DNA of 64,000 nucleotides from Penicillus capitatus (Eukaryota; Plantae; Chlorophyta). The stretch lies in contig OZ287704.1 in NCBI GenBank assembly GCA_965649825.1, positions 604,301 through 668,300 of the forward strand, in the 5' to 3' direction. Of the stretch, positions 50,086 to 62,100 are shown piece after piece (within the stretch, counting starts at the first letter, position 1; each line of letters begins with the position of its first letter). A program made the position numbers and the translations under genes. The notes under the pieces were generated by a model. It was not told the DNA's origin and ran no database searches. It saw only the letters and a list, made by a program, of their open reading frames with translations.

Positions 50086-51729
50086 TTAGTGTCCACCATC
50101 GAACAAAAGGGCTGCATGCGTCATGCCAATGAAAAGATCTGTCGGCTTGCAGTTCGGCTCCAGCTCAATCTTCACTTCTCTGGGGAGTGGTTCTTGATGG
50201 TCTTCGCCGACTGGGTGTCCCAGACGATGGAAGGTGTTTCTGCCCCAGGTGAACACGCTTCCGTTGCTGCCGATGGCTCCAGAGGCAACCTGAATAACAG
50301 AGACGGTCCAGATGCAGACAGGTACAGCCGGCATGAACTCACGTATCCGGCTGCGATGTCGATCATCTCTCGACCCTGGAAACGGTCGACCGGCTGAGGA
50401 TCGGGCAGAATGCTTCCGCCTGCCATCGTCGACATCGCGTCGCGACGCCCAAGGACCCCGTGCTCGGAGGATCCCCACGAGTACACGGCTCCCTCCTCCG
50501 TCAGGCCGAGACAGTGATCTTTTCCGCCGACGATCTTCCTGAGCTTCAAGGCTGTGAGGACTTCGACCTCCGTGGGCTGGGTGACGACGATGTTGGCACG
50601 GATTCTCTCCTTTGCATCGGCCAGTTTGTCGATGGACAGTTCTTCGGGATGAATGGCCAACTGTCCACAGTCGTTGAGTCCACAGGCAAAGATGCGTCCC
50701 GAAGTGTCCTTGAGGAATGTGCAGAAGTCTGTGCAGAACGCGTCGACAATCACCGTCTTCTCTTGGAAGACCATGGCAGCAGGGGTGAGCCCTTCAACCG
50801 GAGTCTTTGGCGCATCCCCACGAATCGAGGTCTGAGGCGGTCGGCCAAGTTGGCCGAGATCTCCGGATCCCCACGAGAGAACCTGACCACTCTGCAAGAC
50901 AAGCACACCATAAGTGCCACACTTGTTTGCTTGATCCAAATTCACCTTCAGAACGGCAACGATGTGGTTGGCTCCGGCGGCAATCTTCACAACGGGGTTG
51001 CGTGGTCGGGCATCGTAGATGACTTCGCTGTGACAGGTGGTCTCGACGCCGTCGATGAATGCCCTGCTGCCGTGGATGTCACGGAACGTCCCCCATCCAT
51101 AGACGCAGCCCATGTTTGTCAGCACGAAGGTCGCGTAGAATGTGCACACGATTTGGACAATCATCTCGGCGGAGGAGCAGAAGAGAGGGCTGAACGTCCT
51201 CGGCGAATTGAAGTGCTCGTCGGAACGGTGGCGATTTCCGTTCTCCGTTGGCCACCTGAGCTGTCCGTAGCGGTTATATCCGGATGTGTAAATTCTGCGG
51301 TCATCCACCTGGACCGCCGTGTGCATGCAGCCGAGTGCTGCGTTGAGAACCTGCAGTCGACGGGAGCATATGAGCACGTCGACATTGGGGCTGACGTTGC
51401 CGCTCACTTGAGGCCTTTCTTCGGAAAATGGCTCGAATGGGACACTCCAGTCTGCGGAGTTGCTCCCGTCGCGCCAGGCTTGGCCACACCCATTGTCGCC
51501 CCAGACCATCAAACGGCGAGGGACGGGTCGCTGCGAGAAAAGAGTGACTTCGGAGTTGAGAGGGAAACCGGTCGCTTACCGGAGCCTGGGAGTGCGGTTG
51601 CGCGCGGCGTCGGGGTTTTGAAGGTCTGGAAGACTGCTTCTTCTTGTTCTTCTCGGCGTTGAGCTTCTTTCTCGGCGACGGTTCCGCGAACGCCTCCCTT
51701 CTTCTCTTCTGGGAGCGCGTGCTAACCAT
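50086..51729 (-). CDS. RCC1: Regulator of chromosome condensation 1, multi-exon
   Basis: Basic N-tail MVSTRSQKRRR..PRKKLNAEKNKKK. RCC1 repeats include the diagnostic VYGWGTFRDIHG, plus VLSWGSGDLGQLG and GGKDHCLGLTEEGAVYSWG. Introns 50290-50342, 50892-50945, 51351-51407 and one at ~51530-51579. Confidence 0.88.
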
Positions 51730-52616
51730 GTTCGAACTGTGCGTCGGCGAGTAAGGTACGGCTTCGTTTGCCTTTGCGGCGTGTGCACTATCGCTTGAAG
51801 CGGCAAGACTCGAGGAGAGTTTGTAAAATGCACGAATGAAGAACGACGAGTGAGCAGAATGCCGTAAATGGGTACTTGTCATTTAAATCCGTGACCTTCA
51901 ATCTCGGAACAAACGGTTGCCCACGTGGCAATTCGTCGATCCACTGCTGCATCCCTATTGGCCTTTGGAAGGTACCCGGTGCCAACGCCACAGAGAAAAC
52001 CGGCGAAGATGGTTCCCACTGTGGCATCTCGACGCCGCTTGTCCTCGATCATCGAGCGTCGACAGAAATCCCTTGGGAGAAAAACCTCTAGACATTGTCT
52101 TATCACCAGAGGACGACAGCTGGATATGAGTACATAAGTTGTCCGAAGAAACCACTCTGTCAAAGAGTGTCCAACTGGTTTGACGAAGCGGCGCCCTCGT
52201 GCTGATGTGTTTCGCAGGAATGTAGAAGCTTAACCTAGTTCTCCGGCTATCGGCTCCATCTTCGCCCACTCATTGGCTACGTGAAGTGTGATTTGTCTAC
52301 ATAGAATACTTGATGCACTCTATTCGGCTCATCTGGCGCAGACAGCTAACTTCACTGTATAATCTGCCCTTCCAAAGACCATGGCAGTGTTCCATGCCCG
52401 AATGTTAACTGGCTCCGCAGTGAGAGTTCCGGCCAGAGGCTTGGCTTCGCATCACGTTGGCCAAAAACACTTACCAGGTTTGTTTTTTTAGATTGCTTGC
52501 TTTTACAACTCCTTTTTGAGAAGATCAGGAGTGCATCTGTACATAAAGAGTAGCAAACAGTGTTCAGTCTATCCAAACAGAAAGGCCCAGTAGGGAGGCA
52601 TGTAATGAAATGTGGA

Positions 52617-53966
52617 TCAGGAAACTCCTCGGGGGGCGCTGGGAAACCGTGCAAACGAGCGGATAGGTAGTATCATGTAGTCTAACGTGGCGAACGCGGT
52701 CTTGGGGTCCTTCAGTTGCTCGTAGAGAGTCTTCGACACGAAGACCTTCAGGTTCCTGCTGGGTGTCCATTCCGGAAGAGGCTGTCCGGCAGAGTCACGT
52801 TTGCGGCGGTTCATTCGGTGTGGAGCTGCAAAGTGCTCTTCTTCGAGTTCGGGCGCGGGGATCTGCCAGCGAGAAGCATTCTGTTCGGCGATGGCTGCGA
52901 TTGCGGCTTCTGGGTCTATGTCCAGATCGACATTGCTGATGACCACGGGGACTTTGTCTTTGGTTGGCGAGAGGTACGGATTGTTCACTGTGAACGTACC
53001 GATATCCGGCAGTTCTAGGTCCCAGGCATCTCCTGCACATTCCAGGCAGCGATCCAGCGATTTCTCGAAGGACTCCCGCAGATCGGCACTGATTTGCACG
53101 TAGTAACGGCCTCCGTGATCCGTACGGATGTCTTCCACGTAGTCCTTGAGGTTCCTGATCTTAAGCTTTCGCTCCAGACTGATTCCGAGCTGACGGAACG
53201 ACGGGCGATCTCCCTTCAGTTTCACTGGACAAAGCTGGAAGCTGCGCTCATCGCATCTGATCTGATCTTTAAGCTCCTGGGTTTTCCTCCTTAGTTCTTT
53301 GGCCTGGGCGTTCCGTTGCTGCTGTGCAGGGGTCTTTGTGGGCAAGGCCTTTCGGGCGGCATCCCGGTACGGTCGAGGAGCAGCGCTTCCGGATTCTGTC
53401 GCTGCTTGGTCTCTGTCCGCAGGGGCAGGGGGCGTGGAGTGGGCGGCGGTCGGTGTCCAATCCGTGTTGCTGTGGTAAAACAGCATGCATGTGTGTACCT
53501 CATGCATCGTGGAAAGAGCCTCGGAAAGACGAGTAGCAAGCGAGTGTTCCTTGGGTACGAAGGACGGGGCGATCATCTCTATTTGAGCGAGAGACGAACG
53601 GATGTCATCGGAGAGTGCTCTGAGGAATTCGCTCGGCGGCACCGAGTGTCTTGAGCGGCAGAGAGTCGTCGTGTTGGTTTCTTCCCCTTTGGGCCAATCT
53701 GGGGCTTCCGGCGCCAGGAGGAGCTGAGTACGTACGTTGTCGAGTCGGTTCACCAAGCGTAGCTGAGCTTCGTCTTTCTTTTCGTGCGCCGACAGGTAGG
53801 CGCGGATCTTTGCGATGAGCGTGACGGGTTCCACGGTCGCCGCTATGTGCGTGGGGCAGACTTGGAGGGCAGTGTTGACGAGGATGAGCTCCTTCTTGCT
53901 CATCGCTTCGAGGACCTCTGAAGACAGGCGCAGGTCGCGTCTGTACCTGACCGTGTCCGCGGCCTG
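52617..53966 (-). mobile_element. Non-LTR retrotransposon ORF1 (gag-like) internal fragment, no ORF2
   Basis: Intronless 428-aa ORF with PYRDAARKA, a coiled coil, YVEDIRTDHGGRYYVQIS and PVVISNVDLDIDPEAAIAAIAEQN, which is typical of R1/LOA/Jockey-type ORF1. It stops where the CCHC knuckles should begin, and the frame is open back to the junction at 53967. Confidence 0.7.
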
Positions 53967-56900
53967 ATGGTCTATCTGTTGAAGTCAGAGAAGCCCGCAC
54001 AAAGGATCATTAAAACAGCGGTCCCGGCAGCGGCAGAGTTCGAGCTGTTATGTCGATCGGATGTTCTGCCTCCCCTCAGGAGTCACAGGCAACACCACGG
54101 AATCTCTGCATGCACCATTCGTCACATAAAAGCTCGGCTTTGCTTCGCTTCGAAATCATTCGTGGAAGAAAGCAGTAACTCATTGTTGAATGTGCATGTC
54201 ATCTGATATGTCATAGAACCTCTTCTAATGATTTGTAACAGTTCAATCTTCAAAAGCTTCATCTGCAAGATGGAAGAGGTGAGCAATTGTCGGACACCAT
54301 CTGTAGAGTCAATCGTGGTCTGTCCAACGCAGTGAATGCCATACCTCTCACCCAAAGCATGCAGGAAACACAAGACTCCGCATGCATTCAGCGAACCAAC
54401 ATAGCTGAAAAATACATCTCCTATTCTCTCAGCTCTGATCAAAGGCGCAGAATGCAGATGGATCTCTGTTTAAAGAACAGTCGACGGCTGCCGTGACCCA
54501 GAAAAGAGGTTCGCGGCGTGAAGGTCGATCTCTTCAATGCTATAGACACGGATAGCGCCAATTTTACTGTCGTTCGTCAAGATTTGCTCAAGTCCAACTG
54601 CCACGTCCTAATCTCGCGCCTTCGTTGCGCAGTGAGACACATCTAGAAGACCGCGCATTGCGCACAGCTGCCATTAGACTCTACGTGTCGCCATTTGCCG
54701 TGTCAGATTACAGCCAAGAAACACAGACGTGATAAATGGATGCCCACTCCACAAAAGGGGCAGTCAAAGAGTCGCGCTGTATTAAGCTTTCTTTCGACTT
54801 CCTTTTTCCGTGTCATCTGAGAACGCCGCCACACTGTTTATTATTCAGCAGAATGGAGCGAGACAAACAACAATGGCCGTTGCTGTGCGTCAACGACAGG
54901 CTCAGCGCTCAGCCGCGCGGCTATAAATGCGACGCTAACCTCGGAGCGCATAACATTAAAAAACTATCGGATGGAACGACGATACACGCTGAAGGTGTGC
55001 CACGTTTGCACGGCGCGTGAACTGAAGTCGCCCTCAGAGGGAAACCAAGTTACGAAAGGCATCCCCCACGCTTATACGTTAAAAAAGCATGCATGGTACG
55101 CGACTTACGAAGTAAGGTCGCCAGACTCGTTGAAATCGTTACGTGATGCATTCTGCTAGTGGCGTGTGCATCACTCTTTTTTGGAGAAGAAGAACACGAG
55201 AATGTTTTCGTGTAACTTCGAAGTCAATGGTCATCATTGGTAAGGGAGGACACAGTGGACATCTCAGAGTACTCGTGTTCGTGTTCTGTGATGAAGGTGC
55301 ATCGAAGTCGAGAACTCGGCGACAGGGAACCTCAGAGCTTGTCTCTGTTCTCGGAATGGAAAACTGGTCAAGGCATACTTCTCTCTGACTCTCGTCAACT
55401 GGGAGGACGAGAAGCAGAACATCTGCGAAAGTTGCCAAAAGAGAATTTACTGACGTCTCCAAGTTCCTGAACTGTATCTATTCCTTGTCTAGATGTCTAT
55501 TGTGTCTTCCGTCCGTTCGATTGTCGGCACGGAATTCGTGACATGGCGAGAATCGAGGACGTCAAGAATCGCTGCACACGTTTCCTTAATGGCGACTACT
55601 TCACGCTGCGCCTGGAACTGAGAATCCGGTGTCCGGAGAGCGAGCTTTGGAAGCTCTCCTTCCAGGGACGGGACGCTGTGTGCGAGGTCGTCTCTCCTCC
55701 TTGCCTCTCTCTTTTCGGAACAGGTTATGTGTACGTCAGTGGAAGTTGAGACACCTCAAACAGATGAGCCCATTTACTCCAACGACAGACGACTTTGACA
55801 CAGGCGGTTGCACACTGTATGATATTCGTTACTCGCAATTGTTACTCTTGTTTGACGGTTGGTCACACAGGAGCCTAGAAATCCGACCGCATGGATCGAA
55901 TTCCCATTCGACAGATTTGGATCTGTCGATGCAACACACGGGAGGCAGTCCCCTCTACGGACGCTTGTTGTGCTCCATCCTGAACCGCGAAGTCACTGGA
56001 GCCGCCTCTTCTCTCGGTGATACCATTTTCTGCCTCTCTCTCGCTCTGATGAGTCCTGTTTTGCTCGCAGAGATGCTCTATTTGCGGGGCCCGGGATCCC
56101 AGACAAACTGGATCCACCTCGCAAAGAAAAGCGAGCTTGAAGACAAGACAAGTGGCTTCGTGCAAGATGGCTGGATCACGCTGCGCGCAAGGATCTCTTT
56201 CATGAGCTGCAGACAGTTCGCGCTGGAGATGCTGCGCCAAAGAAGAGAGGTGGAAAAGAAAGAAAGAAGCTCTCTGGCGATCGACAACAAGATGAACGTA
56301 GAGATCGAAGGTCGATGTCTGCTTTCTGCTCCGCTCTTTCTGAGATGTGCTTGAAATGCAGAGGGTACTGGTGTCGATAACGGCGTTGAGCATGCCTATC
56401 TGCTCGCCAAGTCCAAGTGGTACGCCTACTACGAGGTATTTCAGCCCGCTCCCCTTCTCTTAAATGATGGTCTTTTCCAGTGCTGCGTGCATCGGTCTCT
56501 GTTGGAGAATCCGAAGGGTCTGTTCTCTACGGGTTTCCTGGCGGATGGCGGCGCATTGTAGGCAATTCTGAATTCTGTCACGTCTAGCAATATCATGCTG
56601 TCAACCAGGGAGTTCAGCATCAAAAGGGAAAAGAATGGAGGCGTCAGACTCTTCTTTAGGGTCACGCTGGAGTCAGAGACTTGGATTCAGTCCACAACAA
56701 AGATCGTCAACTTTAAAGACGAAACAAAGAACAAGACCTGCAGTAAGCAATCGTTTTTGTGTATTCTTCAGGCATTGATGTGCCGATGTGACTGCTGAAG
56801 ATTCCCGTTTCACAATAGATCCTAAAGGATTCGTTGTGAAGTCTACCTTGTGCACCACCGTTAAGGACCTCGTGGACTCATCCTCTGGGTTCTTGAAACA

Positions 56901-57800
56901 CGATTTCTTCCTCGTCCGCTTGGATATGAGGAAATGTCTTCAAGACAACGATTACATTGATTGTTCCATTGACGGAAATACTGCACATTGCACAGTATGC
57001 TTGGCATCATCTCTTCCTGGTACTGTAGTCGAGTGTTCTAGTGGAAAGTGAAACCTGCACAACTGAACCCATGTCACATGTTTTTAGAGAGCATCTGAAT
57101 CGATAACATCCCCATGTAAGCACGTACCCGCTCACTCTTTTATGTCGACTTTCATCTATTGAGCCGTTTACGTCGAGCAGAAGATTGGGAATTGTGGCTA
57201 CCAAGTCTGACTCGAGGACGAAGAAGACGAAACTGGCTGTTCACAACTCGGCCAAAGAAACGGTTCTTGTCCTTGTCGAAGCCCGTGCTGTCAAGCACAC
57301 ACAGCCAAACGACGATAGGATCCATAGTAATACACCACTGACAACCTTCGTCCGCCGACAGATTTTCTGTAGAGGAGGAGATGGTGATTGGCCCAGGAGT
57401 CTGTAAATTGCTCAAGCAGTCACTCGGCTGTTTAGAAGTGGAGGGCGAGAAGCTCGGTTTTGTGAAGGACGACTGGTTGACTTTTATCGTCAAAATCACT
57501 CTTCTGGAGAAACTGGGGAGCCTAATTAAATGACTAGCTTTGCTTCTTTTATTCATATGTTCTGTTTCCTTACCTGTCTTCTGTCGCGCCTACCGTATTG
57601 ATCGACTCAACTGACGCTCAAGACTTTCTCGAGTTTTGTGATGCGCGTCATACTGGAAATGTATCGCACTTCGTTCGACATGACGGTATTAGTGAACGAG
57701 AAGCTACATCTTTAGTAACAGTCTGCTGTTTGATGATGGAAACACCTGGTCTATTGTGCTCTGATCTGAACAGAGAAGATGCCACTGAAAGGAGTTTACC
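53967..57800. repeat. Segmental duplication arm C (inverted copy of ~7600-11262; direct paralogue of B 28900-32600)
   Basis: Very high identity to A 8690-11262 and lower identity beyond. Sharp left junction at ATGGTCTATCTG (53968). Confidence 0.92.
54853..57533 (+). CDS. Tandem MATH/TRAF-domain protein, copy C, multi-exon
   Basis: Same motifs and introns as A and B. The last exon reads LEVEGEKLGFVKDDWLTFIVKITLLEKLGSLIK*. Confidence 0.72.
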
Positions 57801-59197
57801 AGCTTACGGCCCCGTGCGGTCATGGATGCAGGAATTGAGAATAGCAAGAAACGATTGGCAGTAAGTACCAAGTAGAATCTGGTATGGCAGAGGACAGCCG
57901 GTAGCGCGCTCTTATGAAAGACCTGGTTAATCTACCAAGTTCTAGCAGGAGTGAAACATCTAGTTTCTGCTTGCATTATTCGCTGTGTCGATTTCTTAGC
58001 TAATGCTCCTTCTACATGCTTGCATCTTCTTGACGATTTCGACGGATGACGTCTGTTCTTATGACATGCCATCGCATTGTTGTCCTACCCTGGTGGGTCG
58101 TGCCATCGCCACCGTGTTAACAGATCAGGGGATTTACGAAGATGTGATTCAAACATCTCTTCTGAATAACGACAAAGTCCTCTCAGATGAAAACTTCTGC
58201 CAATGCACATCAACCGAGGTTGAAACCAGGCAAAGCGTGGAGGCTTTGAGATATATCGCTAAAGGCTTTTGTTCTCGCTTTGAGCCATGGATCATCGTTA
58301 CTCTGTCCCCGTGCAGACAATGATAGTGATGCTCTGCGCATCTTGGCCAATCGATCATAGAGATGCAACAGCCAGAACATCCACGAGATAGATTGGCATC
58401 GACACATGCCGTCACGATTGCATCGAATCGACTAGGGTGCGTGTTGTTCTGACTGCACCACGATTTGTTTGGTTCTTTGTCCACTCAGATCTGGCCATTC
58501 CTTACAAGTCTTGCCCGAACGATGCAAAACTTCGTGCATGAGGTCGCAAAATTCCAGGCTTTATATCGATGCTACTCTGCCCAATAGGACAGCTGGTTCT
58601 GTAAGGTTGTGTTACAGGTAAGATCTGAAAGCCCTGCCACAGGACAGCAGTTCCAACATCTTCCGAGACTGCAAGAGTGTCATACATTTTCAGGTGAAGG
58701 TCTGTCGATAGTATTTATCCGCCTGAAAGTCGAACAACGCATCTAATCCGTTTATGCAAAGTAGTCATTTGTAAAAGTGCCATTTATGTGTTTAGGCAAT
58801 AACCACGTTTGAGGTAGATAACCAAAGGTGTCAAAGAAAGCGTAAGGCTCAAGGAATATGCAACAGTTCTCGAATCTATCTCCAACAATTTTAAGCGAAC
58901 ATCGAAATCACAAAACAAGGACTGGACAACCTTGCCAATAGCATACTGCCATGGATTGATCCATCACGAGAAGAATACGAGGCGTCTTCCTCGAAAATAA
59001 ATAACTACGAGTCGACAAACGAAGCAAGCTAAACAGCTAAACGAGCAATCTCATGTCTCTCTTGCCTTGTGCTTTAGCGCGACAGACAATGGGAGTCAGT
59101 CATAAACGAGAGACATATTCTCAGAAGCATCCGACAAAAGTCATTGCGATAGGGGACACCGTCTCACGCCGACTGAACGCGAAGGCGGATGTATCCT

Positions 59198-62100
59198 CTA
59201 CTCGATGTCCTGATGAATTTGTGTATCTTTCCTTCTGAAACGAAGGATGCAGTTTTTGAGATCGCAGATTGTCTTCGACTGTTCTCTGACCTCCTTGAGC
59301 AGCAGACTCTTGGTTTTGGCATCGTTGTTTTCATTCCTCTCCATCAAATCCGTTGCTGCATGTCTTTTCTGTCTCGCCTTCTCCATTTCGAACTCTTTTA
59401 ATCTCTGAAGGCGTACACTCTCTAGCAGTTCCGTGTTCGTCTTCGTCTCTTCCATCAATCGCTTTTCCGTTTCTTGTATTTCAAGCTCAATTCTCTTCAG
59501 TTCCATCCTCAACGAAACATCCTAGGATCCCATTTGATATAGATGATGTCTTATGAGTGTATGCAAAAGGAAGACCTCATCGTCAACAGTCGCTGTCGTT
59601 GTTGGACGTGGCCTCGGTGTTCGGTTCTCGCGAGCACGATCGAGTTCGTCCAGATCGATCACTTGACCAAATCGCAACATCTGCATCTCTTCCAAGCGCA
59701 TTTCGAGATCAGCCAGATTTCGAGTCTTTGTCTGTTTATCGCGTGCCAGTTCACAACCGTCGCGCTTCAGCGACTGATAACTGGATTTCAACTCAAGCGT
59801 TTCCTCTTCGAGCTTCTAGAAAGGTCATTTGTGTAATCACGCCATCTCCATTCTTAATAAACATACTTTGGGCCTTTCTGCTAGTGTGTCTAACTGCTTT
59901 CGATTGATCGCCACGATCGATGGGTCACAGATTCCGCTATCCATATTCGATGATGCCATCTGACTGGGTCGTAGCACAACAGCCACGCGAATCTCGTTGA
60001 GTTTCGCCTGTTTCTCCCTCTGACATTGCTGCATCTCGGCCTGTATCATTGTCAGAGACGCATCCACTGTCTTCAGCTTCTTCGAATGCAGATCTCTCTC
60101 TTTGCGAATCGTATCCACCTCTTTTGTGTACTGTGCATGCTTCGTTTCCATTTGTAGGCGTTCGTCTCTTAGCTGCCCAACAGTAAGTGCCAGTTCCTGT
60201 CGAGACAGATTGCAATAGGCGTAACATTAAGAGGATGGCGATGTGACCTTATCGACTCCCTCAACAGCAGCATCGTCCACGTCATCGTTGTTATCGACAG
60301 AGTCTTCTTCATCGCTATCGGAAGATTCATCGCAGGATGCCTCTGATGGCGATCCATTGTTTTCCTTCCGTGCTAAGAAGCGTTTCATAAAGTAGTCTCG
60401 GTGCGGATGCTCATCGGGCACAAGTTGATAAAATCTTGCCAGCAAAGCGCTGTGGAGTGCTGGAAACGTGTCTGATTTGGTTCTTGCATCCAGCCGCGCT
60501 TCGCATTCATTGACCAGGGTTCGCAGTCGTTGCCGCTCCCGGAGCTGTATACCGAGTCGTTGCTCTATTCCATCCTCTTTCTCTTGGAGGCTGTCCAGGC
60601 ATTGGAGTTCTTTTCGTTTAACTGCTCTCACAATCTCTGCATGCTTCAGGTCGCAATCGAGTTTCAATTTCTCCCACGCGAGATTGTAGAGGCGCGCATC
60701 GAATGATTGAACGGCGTACTCGCGTCTGCGTTCTATCAGTCGGATCTCAAATTCCGTTGCCAGACGCGATCGTTGTCCAGGCTTTGCGTCGTCGTACACC
60801 TGAGGGCAGCACTTTTATCCCATGCATCGCATCAGGAAGTGTTCTGACAGTGACCGAAGGAGAAGCTTCAGCAAAACTGTCTTCTTCTGTCTGTGTTTGC
60901 ATTTCTGTGTTTTCCAAAAAAGCACGCGCTTCTTCGAGCAGACGTTGTGTTTCTTCGGAAAGCTGCTTCATCTTGTCGCCTTCGCTCGCCTCTGTGGCCT
61001 GCTGGAAAGCCGCCATCGCATCTTGAGCCTTGCTCACTAACGACAGCCGTATGCACCACGTTCTTCGCCATACGATTCTGGCCAACCTGATGTGCCGATT
61101 CCTTGACAGAGAAGGTTCACTTGTGCGTCGCAGTGTCGAATCTCGTCAAGCAGCTGTTCTCTGATTGTCTTCAATGTCCTGAACGTGGCATTGAATTCCT
61201 TCTTTCGTCTGTCTATTTCCTCTTCCAATTCAATCAGCTCATACTCAGTGATCACTGGATGCTTCCTCTCTTCCTACCACGCACTCAGACTGTTGTCGTC
61301 TGACCAAATATCTTAGGAGTACTGGTGAAGGTGTGTAATCATGGTCGGTTTTGAATTTCCACTCTCCGATCGTTTCTTTTGCCATTCGAATGGCGGCCGC
61401 ATCCTCCTCGTTTTCTGCATCGTCGCTGGGCTTCGTCTCTTCATGCTTTCGGATACGTTCCTCGCGTCTTTTTCGGTCGGCGGCTTCTGTCGAGATTCGC
61501 TCTTTCATCTCGACGACAGCGTCTCCAGACAGCAGTCCTTCTTCATCACCTGCTGTGTCCTTGTCCGGTGCAGAGAGGGAGAACTCGGTCGATAAATGGC
61601 AGGGACGAGGGCACAGGGATTCGGTAACGCCTCTGCCATTCCGTAGATCCATCACTCTTGTCTGCAGCTCTTGCTTTCGTTGAGTTAGAGACATGTCCAT
61701 CGTCTTGATGGTATACGATGTCACCGTGAACGGAGATTTAATTGCTGAAAGCGTTTCAGCAAAGTACGCGACATCTTCAAAGAATCTCCCGCGGAGTTTC
61801 TTCAACCCCAGCATCTGCTTCTCGAGGTCGTACTCAAAAATCCGACGCGCTTCGGCAATCTTCGCCTTCAGTGCATTCTGCATCTTCGCGCTCAAATCTT
61901 CAGGGACACAGAAAAGTCGAATGCTGAACTGTGCGATGTGTTTTTGTCAGAGCTTACGGTCGTCCACCTCAAAGCAGGCATCCGGGAGTCGATCGTCCTC
62001 AGATCGCTCAGCATTTTCGCGTTTCAGGTCATAGAATTGTTCGCGAAGATCCTCCATGTACCGTCGAATGCGTTTCTTTTTCTGCAGGGCGTGTGCTTCG

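Noticed and set aside
50460-51662. 400-aa + strand ORF (similarly 84-713, 18815-19870, 21725-22939, 16734-17177)
   Set aside because: These are antisense shadows of recognisable genes on the other strand.
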